DNA of 64,000 nt from Balamuthia mandrillaris (Eukaryota): assembly GCA_031835245.2 (NCBI GenBank), contig JAVKOQ020000105.1:1-64000 (forward strand). The letters run 5' to 3'. Both the position numbers and the translations under genes were made by a program. This document shows, piece after piece, positions 35,801 to 49,105 of the stretch; the first letter of the stretch is position 1; every line of letters starts with the position of its first letter. The notes under the pieces were generated by a model. That model made no database searches and was not told the origin of the DNA. It worked only from the letters and a program-made list of their open reading frames with translations.

Positions 35801-37998
35801 GAGGGTGGAGACTTTGTTCCTGCTCTTCTCTCTCTTCCAAATAGCGTGCAACTGAGTGTGTGGTGGCAGATGAAGATCTTGACTACACCCGGTATCCATG
35901 TCCTAAACGAGCTCGACGTGCAAAGCTGCCTCTCCAAGCTGGACAAAGGAATCGCGGTACTAAAAGGTGCTTATCAATTGAAGGTGGTGGATGGACCGCT
36001 CAGAGATGAGATATGCAAGCTCGTCGGCGCTTCTTCGTCGCCATCAGAGAGTTCTGTTGGTGATGCTCTCTCTCGACACACGAATCGGCTCATGAAATCA
36101 CAACAAAACCACGAAATGAGATTCCTAAAACGTGTATGTAGTTTTTTTTTTCCTATGTGGTTTTCTCTATTGTTGTTTTCGTTTCGCTGACCTCCTTGCT
36201 CTCGTCAGATAATCAACAATCCAAAAATTTTGGAATATTTCAACGTATATGCAGGAGCTTCTGTAGAAGAAATAGAAGCTGAAAGCGGATTTGAAGTGGA
36301 TCAATACAAGAATCCAAAGGGAGAATGCTATGACCTCGGTCGAAATGGCGCTTTTGGTGCCTTCAAAATACTAGTTGGCAACTTCCATCAACGGACAGCA
36401 GCACCTTACACCGAAAAGGCCTTCTGGTTATATACTCTCCTTACTGTGGGGTGTTTGACATTGGTTATGTTGACATTTAAATGGCAAAAAAAAGGCAATA
36501 TGCAGGTCGGGCTTTGCAACAAAAAGGTTTTCGAGTGGATTATGTAGAACGAGAAGACAAATTCATTGCTCAACTGAAGGATATATCTTACAACGCCTGC
36601 TGGCTTATCTCCTCTGATGCTTTAGATTGGAACTTGCGAGAACCACCAGGAGTGGACAAGTGGCGGCGCTTAGCGGATGCTTGTGAGGCGTTTCATCACA
36701 GCGGACGTGGCATATTTATTTTTGCAGACAATGAACCATTCTACGACCATGCCAATGTAGTACTGGAACGGTTGGTAGGAGCCAAGCTGAAGAGCTCAAC
36801 GCCTGGTCAACGTGATATGAAGAGAAACACAACCAAAGCTCCTGATACTCTTCCGCCAATTGGTCAGTTCAATCAGTATCTCATTACTTCTGGTCTTGAA
36901 ACTCTTTATGAAGGGTGTACCATATGTTATCCGGAAGCGATGGGCAAACTCGTATCGCTGGCAACGTCTTTTGATCGCCATCCTGCACTTATGTATTACA
37001 AAGGTGAGGAAAGGAAAGGTCGCATTGTGGTTGATACTGGATTCACCAAGCTGTGGACCGAGTGGGATCGTGCTGGTACCTGCTCTCTCTCTCCTTCCTT
37101 TTCCTCGTTCTCTGCCCTGCTGCTACTTTGTGCACCTTAGTTAATCCGAATATTGCCTCTTTAGGAACACACCGCTATATTTGTAACGCAACGGTGTGGT
37201 TGCTTGGCATTGAAGAGAGACTGAGGCGAAATGTAGGATCGGTATCAGCGTATGGGCCCATTCTGAGCTTGCCTGCACCAGGCAGAACGCCCCGCGTAGA
37301 ACCTGAGGAGACTAAAAATGAAAAATTGGATGTACTGCTTGTTGTGGATGGGTCTGGTTCTGTGCTGGACTCTCAATTTGACCAAATGCGTTTATTCTGC
37401 AAGGAGGTTTGTAATTTGTTGTGGACAATGATCATTCAATTCTGACTTGTTCTTCCTTGTATTTTAGTTTATAACAAGACTTAACGTGTCTCAACTGGTT
37501 CAAGTTGGGCTTATTCAATTTGGTTCTAGAGCTGTTGTTGAAGTACCAATCACTTCAGACAAGAGTATGCTCTACCAGCAAATTGACGCGATGATTCAAA
37601 TGAAAACTGGGACTTATTTCAACAGGGCACTGTTACTTGCCTTACAAGAATTTCGGGCACATGGACGAGTTGGTGTCAGAAAGCTTATTCTTTTCCAAAC
37701 TGATGGTGTGGATGGTTCTCAAGACGCTTCTCTCGCTCCTTCTCTCCATGCACAAGGTATTCACATTTGTGGGGTGGGTGTTGGCACTGGCTACGACATC
37801 GAGTATGGGTATGTTTATCACCACTCTCAAGTTTTTCCATTTTTCCCAACTAATCCTACTCGACTTTTTTGTTTGTCTGTACTCAGGCTGCAAAAAGTAG
37901 TTAGCCAACCTTATAATGAGTGGATAATGATGGTGTCGGATTATTCCAAGATGAACAACATTATCAATGCCTTAATTGCAAAGTGTAGTGCATTGTGA
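23093..37998 (+). CDS. Giant AAA+ P-loop protein A of unknown family (roughly 4,000 aa), with C-terminal class-I GATase-like and vWA (MIDAS) domains
   Basis: The exon junctions I checked join in phase across short GT-AG introns from MNQNQPQW (23093) to AKCSAL* (37998). Walker A is GPPG|AGKS (intron 33434-33510), Walker B is ILVADEFH, followed by VILIGNR. Next is YDLGRNGAF..GIFIFADNEPF..LYEGCTI..GRIVVDTGFTKLW..AGT.RYICNA (36290-37210). The vWA domain has LVVDGSGS..GLIQFG..GTYF..FQTDG (37326-37998). Confidence 0.82.
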
Positions 37999-38072
37999 AT
38001 TCCTCTGAAGTTGCCTGCTCTCGCTTCGTTTTCTTTCCTTTTTCTCTCTCTGTTTCAAAATATATAAACGGT

Positions 38073-41000
38073 CTACCAGGCAGCCGCTTTGTTAGTTTGA
38101 AGCCACAGTGCCAACTCTTTACGAACTCTGCCTTCTCTCAGCTTCAGCTTCTCCTCACTCTCCACCAGTCGTACACATTGCAACAATGTCTGTTGCGCAC
38201 AATCATCATCCCACAGTTCATCTGGCACGTAAAGATCCTCCATCGAAAGCAAGAACTTCATCCAGGCCAATGATAAAGAACCTCCTTTGGGAGAGAGCAA
38301 ACCAGTTATAAAGTCCACATTTTCAGGAAGCGAAGCAGTCTCCTCCTCCTCGTCATCCACAGAGTGAAGTCGGTAGAATATAGGATGACCGCACAGCCGG
38401 TTAACGTCAGTGTAGGTTGCTTTCCTGTGATAAATGCAGCAGAGGACGCGCAGCAATTCCGGCCAACCGGATGGAGGAGGAAAGGAGCAACGCGAAGCAA
38501 GCAGCATTGCTACTCTGTGAGAAATGCCTCCTTGCTCCTTGCCAACTAGCACCAAGTCGCTGAAGAGATGGCTCCAAAGGTCCACAATGTTCCTTTTGTA
38601 CTCGCTACAGAAAGAGAATTTAAGGTGGGACGGGCTAAAAGTATGGAGAGTTCAGTTAAACGAGGTGGGAAACGTACGTGGAATCAGGTCGGTGGAGACT
38701 CTCATGCAACAATTGGTGACTAACTTGCACCAACTTGTCTCGCAGATAGATTGTTCTATGGTCAGCGCTATCAAAGACAGCGCGGGAGCTGTAGCCATAT
38801 CTGGAGGCCCACAAGAGACAACAAGTGAGCAGAGAGAAGCGTTTCTCAGGACGCTTTTTATCCCACTCCTCCAACGCATCCGCAAACACCCCACTTGTGT
38901 GTTCCTGGTTGCGGAAGAGGAACCAAGCGGCTCGCAGGTAGATAGAGTTTGGATTGTTGATGTCTTTTTCCGCTCGGACGAAGGGATTGGCGAGCACCTT
39001 TTTAGCCAATGACGTGTTTCCGCTGTTCTCAAGAAGGTTGGCCATGTTCTTGCAATCAACACTTTTGATGCAACTTACTGGATCCTGTTGTTGTGTGTTG
39101 TTAGCCCTTTCGTAAACGTTGAGAGCAATGGAGAGAGGGAGAAAGAGATGTTCACCGGACAAACGCTGAGCAGATGGTCTAACGCTTTCGGGCTTGTAAC
39201 GTGATGGTCGTTCCATTCCTGCTTTGCCCTCTCCCAATCGATGGAACAGCCATGCTCTACTGACTCCGCCATCCACTCCAAATCCGTATAGTCTCCATTT
39301 CGGCTGAATCCTCTGCAGAAAGAAAAGTCATCGCAGGAGTGATTGTCCTCACCCAATATGAGAGGGAATATTGGCTGATCCAGCAAGTTAAGTTTCTGTA
39401 GGGAAGCAAGCACATCCCACGAAGGTTCTTGGCAAAGGTCGCTCGTTCTGTATCGCATGCGCACCCAGGCTGCCAATCGAAAGAATGGATGGAGCTCGTG
39501 GCCGTGCGGAAGGTTTCTTACAAACTCGGCGTAGGACGCTTTCTTGTCATCCAACCCAACAAGAGCCGCTCTGACCAAAAGGCGCATAGGGGAGATTCCT
39601 TTTTCCGTGGGAATATTTTGAAGTTGCTTCTGCCGGTCGGCTTCAGATGCGTTGAAGAGGTCCAAGAAGTGATGAACAAAGGACTTGCAGCAATACTCTC
39701 GTAACATTGGCATCTTGTGCAAAAGGCGAGTGCTCAGTCGCTTCTCCACTTCTTTTCCATCCGTTACGATGCTCACGAGGTCCTTTACCTTTCGCAACGT
39801 GATGCTTTCGTTAGAGAAGAGCGCACGGCAAGCAATGTGCCACCAGTGTAAAAATCGTTTGATCTGTTCACTCAACTTGTAGGATCCTCCGTGAGATATC
39901 ACTTTCTCAATCTTTGCGAGACTTAAACAGCAGTCCAACGTCTTCACGCAGAGCGCATGTCCCAACTTTCTTTGAACACTATCAAGCAGTTGTTCGTCAT
40001 GTTCTGTTGCGTGTGATGGGAGAGTTTAATTTTACTGTAAACAAAAAGAAAAAAAGAAACCTAGCGAACGCAGAGGAGAAAGAGATAGGTGTACCATTCT
40101 TGCGGTTTCCTATTAGTACTACTTTCAGCCAGTACAAACGGTTGCTCACCCAATTCAGCAGCTCTTCTTTGTGTTCCTTGGAGAGCATGTGATACTCATC
40201 AGCCACAAGAAGACTCTGGTAGCCTTCATCAGGAAAATGTTCTGTTAGGAAGGACTTCATCGCACATTCGACCAGCTGGTCGTTTGAACAGTCTAACATT
40301 ACGCAGTGTCGTTCTCCTTCCCTTTTCATTACTTCTTCAAGCAAATGTGTTTTGCCTGATGACGGTGATTATGACAAATAAGCAAAACGACAAAGCAACA
40401 CAAAAGCGAACAGAAACTTACCAGCGCCAGGAGGGCTCACCAAGAAAATAATGCACTGCTGATTATTGTCGTAGAAATGATGAAATTGGAGATCAAGGTC
40501 ATAATCTGCTTTGGAGCGAACCAGCCATGTCTCTGGCGGTCCAAAGCTATTTCTTATCAATTCCTCGAAGTAAGACGCATCACTTGTTGTGCCTATTGGC
40601 CGAATAAATAGGGTAAGAAATACGAAAGCAAAAGATAATGTTCCAATGAACGAAAGGCGGCAGAGGTCAACCATTGAACTTGTATTTGATCCTACAAAGA
40701 CCAAGTTGGTTACTCGCATCAAGCCCTTCCTTCCAATCACTGAAGTCTGGATTGTTAAAGAAGGTAAAGTTACATCGATCCCTGTTCTCCGCAAAGTTGA
40801 AAGATGTATCCGTGTTCTCAAAGTAAATAAAATGCCACGGATTTTTCTTTGTGTACTGTTGAACCAAAACATGAGAGAGCATTAGATTGAAGGTCGGAAA
40901 AACAACGAAAAAGGTTAGGTTCAGCCACCTCACAAAACCATTTGAGCAACAGGTCTTCTATGACGGACAAGCCTTGCACGTAGACAAAACAATGTCTGTC

Positions 41001-44000
41001 GTCGTCCAACTGAGAGACAACTTTATGATAGAGAGCAGCATTGGAAACAGTTCCAGAGGAGATAACGTAGGAGAGGTCACATTGTTTCGTAACGATGCCC
41101 AACTCTCGAATCAGGTTCAGAGTTCCGGAGCTGCAGAAGAAGACGCCGTACTTGTGAATGCGACGACAGAACGGCTCCAGCTCTTCTCTGCCCAGCTTGC
41201 ACTCTCCAAGGAGGTGTTTTCGTAAGATGGCATTGGGGCAAGCATCTGCCAGACAATGAGCTATGATACGCGTCGTTAAGTCGGTGCGATCTGTCTTTGG
41301 AGGACGATGGGCCACCTTATACTGGCACTTGAGAAGAAACCAATCCTTTGGTTCCACAAGGAGGGATGAAGAAACAACGGTAAGAGCAAAAATAGCCAGA
41401 AATGAAAATCACAAACCTTGTAACTGTTGCTTAGGCCTGAGCGAAGGACATCCACCAGCCAACAGGTAAAGTCTACCATCTTGGCTGGTGAGGGGGTATC
41501 AGAACTAGAGCAAGTGGAAGCCCTTTTCCCTTCGTTGTTCTTCTCAGTGTTGAGCGCAACTTGATAGAGCTTTGCGTGTAAGATGTAGCCAAGCAATTGG
41601 CCATGAGTTGCGGAGTAAAGCGCTCTTCGTTGGAACATTTTAAGGAAGACCAAGAACAAGGGAGGAGGATCACCACGCACGGAAGCTACCTGTGTATCTT
41701 TGACTGGACGATAGTTAAACCCCTCCAGAGAGCCGAATGGATTGCGCTCTTCTCGCTGAGACAATGCTTCCAGGGTAAGGTTGAGTTGGTGATCGCTGAT
41801 GCTTGCATTCAACATACTCTCTTCAGTACATTGAAATTCTCCTTCATACTCTTCCTCATATTGCCGTTCATTCTCGTCTTGTTCTGCATCTTCGTACTCT
41901 TCCTTTTCCTCTTTCTCTTTCTCTTTCTCTTTCTCTTCCTCATCCTCTTCCTCATCCTCTTCCTCTTCCTCTTCCTCTTCTTCCTCCTCTTCCTCTTCCT
42001 CTTCGCCTTCTGCTTTGTACGCTATGTCCTCTTCCCGATAATAATACTCTGAGTCGTCTTCGTCTAGTCCCTCGTTTTCACATGCCAATTCAATGCTTTC
42101 AGAATCATCGCCTGAAATCGCATCTTCTGACCCTGGGTCCTCTCTTTCATAAGTTTCTCCAAGAAAAGCCAAGGTAGAGGACCCCTCGTCAACCAGTTCT
42201 TCTTCCTGTTTCACTTCGTCACGAATGTAATGTCCTTTGATAGAGAAGACGAGCGCGTTCTCCTTTTCCATTTGACTCGTGGCAAGAAATTCGACCATCG
42301 CTAGCAACGAGCGTTCTCCCAACAGCTGCTCAATGAATCGCAGGCTGCCCAAAGCCCTCATCGCAAAATGTTGAAAGCGAAACTCCACTTTGGGCCACAC
42401 TGCCATCATTCGGTGTACCGTTTCCTGATTCCTCTTTGTTGCTTCCTCCAGGAGAATACTACTTGCCGTCCTTCTCGTGTGCTTCATCAAACCCAGAACA
42501 GTGCTTATTAAACCAATGAAGGAGATGATGGAAGGTTCGAGCTTGGCTCGTTGTTCTCCGTCTAGGTCCCTGAAGAAGTTCATGATAACCCTCTCTGAAT
42601 CGGGTATTCCGAGGCGTTCTTCCCTTGGTCGCAGAAAGAGGTACAACCATCGACACAAGAACTGAAGAAAGTGTACTGCAGGTTGATTGAGAGGGATTGC
42701 CAAAATGCGATAACAGTTCAGCAAATCGAAGAAATAGAAAGGAGGTGATGAAGATGAAGAAGAAGAAGAAGAAGATGATGATGATGATGAGGATGACGAC
42801 GATGAAACGATTGAAGGTTTGTCCAACGCAGAGAAAGGATTGACTACAAACGGATACCATCGCTCTCCCTTCTCATCTTTCTTCAACAACAAGCCTTCAA
42901 TAATGAGCAGCGTCAATGGCGGAGTGTTGAGGCAAATGTCTTCCCACGCTGTTTCATGGTTGGCATAAGCGGCGCAACAACGCAGCGACGATCGTCGTCC
43001 CAATCTATCTTCTTTGTATTTGGTTTGTTCTTCACTGAGATCGCCATCGTATGTGAAGGTCTCACCAACGCCAAGCAGCTCATACTCTGCTTCTTTAATG
43101 CTTGTGGTTGGTCCCGCTTTGTCACGGGTAGCAGTTGAAAGAGAGGGGAGAGAGTTGGTCTTGTTTTCGAGGGCGAGAAACTGACTGAGAGTTAGGAACT
43201 TCCAGCAGGTGGCACCGCAATCGATGGTCGATGTTTTGCCATCAGTTGTGGTCGTGTCGAAGAGGAAGCATTCGTGACCTGGTCGCACGCTAAGAATACC
43301 ATGTGAGACAAATGGTTTAATCGCCAAGAGCGACTGACAGTCGATGATCAACAAGGATGTAGAAGAAGAGGTATAGGCACTAAACCTCTGCTTGTTGCGC
43401 TTGCTAGCGAAAGCACCTGACGATGTTGAAGCATACTCAGATCCTTCCAACGCTATCGCTTGATCTTGTGTGAACCGTTGCACAGAGAAGAACTGAGCAC
43501 TAGGATTTCCGGCACTCAAGTTTTCCGCTGTGTTGTTTTGTAATCCACGAGATACATCTGCGGAAGAGTGGCCCTCGTTCTCCTGCTCGTCCGCAGAGAG
43601 CAGCACTTCGTCTCTGGTTAGCCTGTAAGGAGTCTTCTCGAAGAGGGAGGCAAAAGAGAGCAGTGGTAGTTCGCGTCCTTCCACCGCCAATTCGACCAAT
43701 ACGCCTCGATATTTAGCGACTGAGAGAGAAGTCTTGATCTTCATGCTGGTAAGGGTGTCTTGGATGTTCTCCAGAGTTAATTTGTCTAAAGGAGGTTGGT
43801 TGTTGCTGATGTACTCGTTCAAGAAATCCATTAGGTGTTTGATGTGTTGAATGTAGGTAAAGAGGCATTGAATAATCATTGCGCTGGCTTTGGATCGTTT
43901 CTGTTTCTCCGCTGAAGAGAGTGATGATATTGTTGAAGATGATGGGTGAGAAGATGATGACAACGAAGAAGGATGTGAAGATGTTGAGGGAGATGAAGAA

Positions 44001-44373
44001 AATGGGGGAGAAGAAGGGTTGGTGGCTTTAGGAGAACAACAGGTATTCAAGAAGCTAAAGAACATGCTCTTAACTATTTCCACAGATGATAGCAAGCCTT
44101 CTTCCAAAACGGAAACAAAAGGCTGCAGTAACACCACCAGATCTTCGCTGTTCTCGACAGCAGTCCGGGACAGGAACTGCCCAAATTGCGAAGCTGCTCT
44201 TTCTTCTATGTTTTGTTTCATCCACTCATCCGCCATTTCAGCAACGCGATCGTCAGCAAGACAAAGGAATGACTCCAACCGCTGTGTGTTATTCATCAAG
44301 GGCAATGAGGAAAAGCAGAAAGAGAAACCCATAAGTAAGCCATATCAAGAAGCATCGAAAAAGCGACAAGGAA

Positions 44374-44433
<60 letters not shown>

Positions 44434-47277
44434 CGGAGGGAATATTACCTGGCGAGTATAGGCTATGCCTTCTTGGTTGTGGTTAGTGAACAGCCGCACT
44501 TGGGAGGAGGATGGCAGCAAAACTTTCACGTTGATAAGTGTAGGTAATCCGACAGGAGATGTAAACTCACGAATGTCCTTGATGCCCTTGTTCGTGTTCA
44601 TAGCTTCCTCTCTCAACATGTCCACTAGATCACCAACACCATGACTACCTCCCAACCAACTGCTGAGAAGTTCTTCGTCAACGCCAACAGCCCAAAACCA
44701 GGCTAACAACACGTTGGCGCAGTGATACTGCAACTGGATGAGCTCTTCCGTGGGAGGGGTCGTCAACAAGCAGACCTGAAGAGCTTTGAGATTCTCCTCA
44801 AAGACTTTGAAGGTCAGAGCGGTGGTAACAGAGAAACGTGGAAACCGATCCATCAGCAAATCAGCCTCTGGGTATTGATAGTCATTGGTCCACTTTGTCA
44901 TGTCTTCACCATTGTTGCTCCTCAACTGTCGTTGCCAAGTCTCTAAAAGTTTCACAGGAACGGCTCGCTAAGATGACAAAATGTTATTAGTTTTATCTTC
45001 ATATTTTATTAGAAAACTAACCTGCGGAATGGATAACACCGAACTGGAGGATTTACTCTGAAAGAGAACCACCTGCTCGTTCTTAATCGGGCTGTCCTTG
45101 AAGATGCGCGCCCAGTGGTTGTACACCGCGTCATCCAAGTGAATAGGAGCCACAAGATAGATGGCCAGAGTGGAGACCGAGTGAACATTCTCTTTCACTG
45201 TTTTGGCCAGGTCCACTTGCCTATCTCGTGCTATCATCTGGTGGTATTGTTAGCGGCAAACGCATCAATAATACAAAAACAACAAACCACTACAACAATA
45301 CCTTGAACAGGTCAATTTCTGCTTCACTTTGAGGTAGGACCGAACGATCCAAAAGGGAATAGGGATAAAGCATCCAAAAGAGATAAAAAAGGAATTTATG
45401 GTGGGGGGCGTAGTTCTTGCCTAACTCACGCAGAATAAAGCGAGAGCCTTCCTCGTCGAGCCAATCCTTGTGAAGTCGAATCTGCTGTGAGAGTTCGTGG
45501 TGCTTTCCAGAGAATATGTTTAACGCGTGGTCAGAGAATCTTGCAAAGTAAGCTGCTAACAGCGGCGGGCTGTCTCGCAGCGGAAGAACAAAAGGCTTTT
45601 CTATTTCTTTCTTCTTCCTTGAAAAGAAAGAAGCCAGCTGCTCAAAGTTACCCTGTTGTTTTTGTCAGAACAGAGAGTTAGAAAAACAAACGTGAGCAAA
45701 GTGAAGGAAGATTTTACGGTCTTATAGGCATGAATGAAACCATCGTAAAACGGATGTTTGCAGCTGATTTCATATAGTTTTAGTTTTGTTGAAATCTCTA
45801 GCAAAAGTGTTAATGCACGAGTAATTTCCTGTTGCGTATGACTCATCTGTACAGCAGCTTGAAGCACATCAGATACAACAACATCAGGCTCTTTCTCTTT
45901 CTACAAGGGACAAGAATATTAGCTCCATTCTTCACTTTCAGATAACGTATAGTTAGAAATAAAACAAAAAGATGAAGATCTATGCATACGTCTTCGCATT
46001 GTATCACGTAATGTACTAACGCTTTCACGAATGCGCCTGTTTGTGGTTTCGAATTACATTTGGAAAGCAAGAGCGACATTGCTGCAGGAGTGTAATGGGC
46101 GACGTCATTTAAATCAAGTTCGTTGCCCTCTTCGAGCCATTTGATGAGATGAACTGGAGCAACTATCCTTGATCCATTATCTTCACTGTAGAGTATGCTG
46201 GCCTTGACTCGCTTTCGCACATTTTCGTTCATATAAAAGTCTAACACAGCTGCCCCCATTCTATGGGTTATTTTCAAATAAGAATAATGAATGCAGCTGG
46301 TGATCATAATAAGCAAGAAACCTTTTTCCGTTTAGCCGCTTCAAGTCCGTTTTGCTCATTCCCGAAAAGTATCTTTCCAAACCTACTTGTCGGTAAATAA
46401 TATCTTTTTAGGTAAAGCAATGAGGAGCGTGATTAAGACAAAATACAGAAGAATTATCTAAAAATTATCTAAAACCTTTGGGACCATCAAGCGCAAGAAT
46501 CCAAGGTAATCCTTGAACGCTGGCTGTCTCCGGGTTAAGCTCGATTGGAATATGGCTATCAATGATGCGTTCAATGTCTTTGGCGTTCAGCTCTACTGTC
46601 TGAGCAAAAGCAGGATGAAGACTCAACAGAGTCCATTTCAAAACGGATATAACAACAGCCGCCCCAGTGCTCCTTTCATAACACTGTGAAAGAAGTAAAC
46701 GACAAAACTACATAAGCATGAAAAAAGAGGTACCATTTCATTCAGGTTCTCAGCAAGCTCTGAAAGAAATCTCGGCACAAGTGCTTCCAACTTCTCCACA
46801 GCTAAACCGTTGAACAAGTTATGAATGCTCGGCGGGGATATGCAAAGCAACAACTTCATCGGTTGGTGATACACTTGCAGCAACTGCAGGAGCATATCCA
46901 ATCCGTGAGGAAAGAGCTGCCATTCTTGGTACATCTTTGGCCAGTTAAGCTCGTTTTGTTGCATGCATTGGTACAAAAGTACTTGTTGATGGCTCATAGA
47001 AGAATCTTGTTGCACAAAACAGTAGTGAGGAACGTCTGGTGGGATGTTGCTGTTGGAGGCAGAAGAAGAGTCGTTTGTTCCAGTGAAGAAGGTGAGCAGG
47101 TGCAATGAGTGCGCATTCACGGCTTTGCAACGATTTTTGAAGGAGCGGACAAACAATTGTTTGCTGACTTGTTTGCACTCGTTGGGAGATGACAAGACTG
47201 TTCGTATCCAGCTTTCAATGCGAAGTTCTTGGGATAACCATTGACTCATCTACAGAGATGAAAGTGTAAGATAAAGC

Positions 47278-47311
<34 letters not shown>

Positions 47312-49066
47312 TTACGCACTGGCACTTGGGAAACATAATTATAGAACGAAATGTCCTTTTCAAGCATGCTGTTGTTTCGTAGAATCAAATTCGTACATTT
47401 TGCCACCAGAAAGTCCAAAAGATTGTCCGTATTGTGATCATCACATTCATGGCTAAACTCATGGGTGCGGTGTTGAAGTTGAACGAGGCTTTGGACTACT
47501 TTGGCTAGAACAGTATCGTGGATGTTATGCTTCTCACTGAGTTGAGAAATCAACTCGGCTTGTAATGCACTTTGGAGGCTAAAAGGCCCCTTAGACTTGT
47601 CGAGAGCGCGTTCCAGATATTCTGCACGCATTAACGGACCAAGTAACATATACAGAACTCTATACATTACGTTTCCTTCCACCAAACATTCTGGGAAAAG
47701 AACTCGAGCCTACATGACAATAAGAGACCAAACACGATAAGAGTAAATGACAACCCATAATAATCAGGAAAATAAATGGTGAGAAGGTGAACCTTCACAT
47801 TGATAATGCTGCTTTGGCTTCCTGTCTTAACTTTTATCACAGTCAACGACGGGTTGAGCGAAGGCGTCACAAAGCAGAACTTCACTTTCATCTTTGAGGA
47901 GTGAGCCACAATCATGTCTCGCTGCATGTCGGACAGAAGATGGGCGTTCAGGAAAATCCTACAGTTGGTGATGGCGTGGAAGTTGTCTTCGATGGGAGAT
48001 CTTTTGCTGTCGATCAGATCGAAGCAGTCCGTGATATGAACACCTGAACCCTTTTCCTTCTTGCTCTCCTCAAAGTAATAATCCGCCACAAAGCGAACGT
48101 CCTGACAAGCCATGAGAAGATACAGATTCTCCTCTGGGGCTTCTGGATTGAGCGCGCTTTCTCTCCACTTCTTTTCCTCGACAGACCATTTCAAGTGATG
48201 GAGCCGCGTCGCTTGCATCTTTTCAACTTCGTGGAGCGGAAGCTCCAACAAAGTTGGATCCTTGGCACAACGCTCGGTCGTGTTTAGAGTAATATGGCCG
48301 ATAAGACTGGATTCAGAGTCGTAGGCTTGATACATGGTCCTCGTGGCAGAGTTCAGAGTAGGAGGCCAGATCACACTGTTAAACTTGTTGGTGACTTGCA
48401 AGGAGTTCTTCAACTGAGGATAGTACACCAACATAAGGCGAACAGAGCCGACAGAGGCATCTATCAAATGGGCAAGATCGATGGCAGAGAGGTTGCCAGT
48501 AACGTTGATTGCGTAGAAACAGAGGACGGTGTGTCTGCTCAAGCGTTTGAGCTTCTGAAGGATGGTGTGCACATTGGATACTTCCACTGCATCTTCTTGG
48601 TACAACACGCAGGTTAGACACAAGAGAATGCCTCGAATGTAACGCAAATGATCGTCCGTCACGACCGTGATACAGTTTGAGGCCTCCTGCTGAAAGAAGT
48701 CTAAAACGATGTTCTTGGCTTCTGTCAATAGAATAGGATCGAATCTATTCATAAAGAGAAAGGGCGTGAGAGAAGAGGAATGCACAAGAAGAGCAACCGA
48801 GAAATCGACGAAGAGAAGCGACGAGAAACATCACAAAACTAACCTGTTGTTCAGCATTAGCACTCTTTTCCATTTGGCATTGAGAAGGTCACCCAATTCT
48901 GGGAAAACCTCAGCCCGTAGAAAATGGCTCAAACCTCCAAACGCAAGGCTGGGAAAGTTATCGAGCATTTCTAACTTTTGCTCTATGGTGGCGTCTTTAT
49001 TTGTGATCTGGGTAAAGTGGTAGAAGTCGAAGAACTGGGCTAAGACAGAAGCACTAACCAGAAAGT

Positions 49067-49105
<39 letters not shown>

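Noticed and set aside
23093..37998. Protein A as midasin, VWA8 or a second RNF213
   Set aside because: It has only one intact P-loop and none of the signature motifs I know for those families. The resemblance is architectural only.
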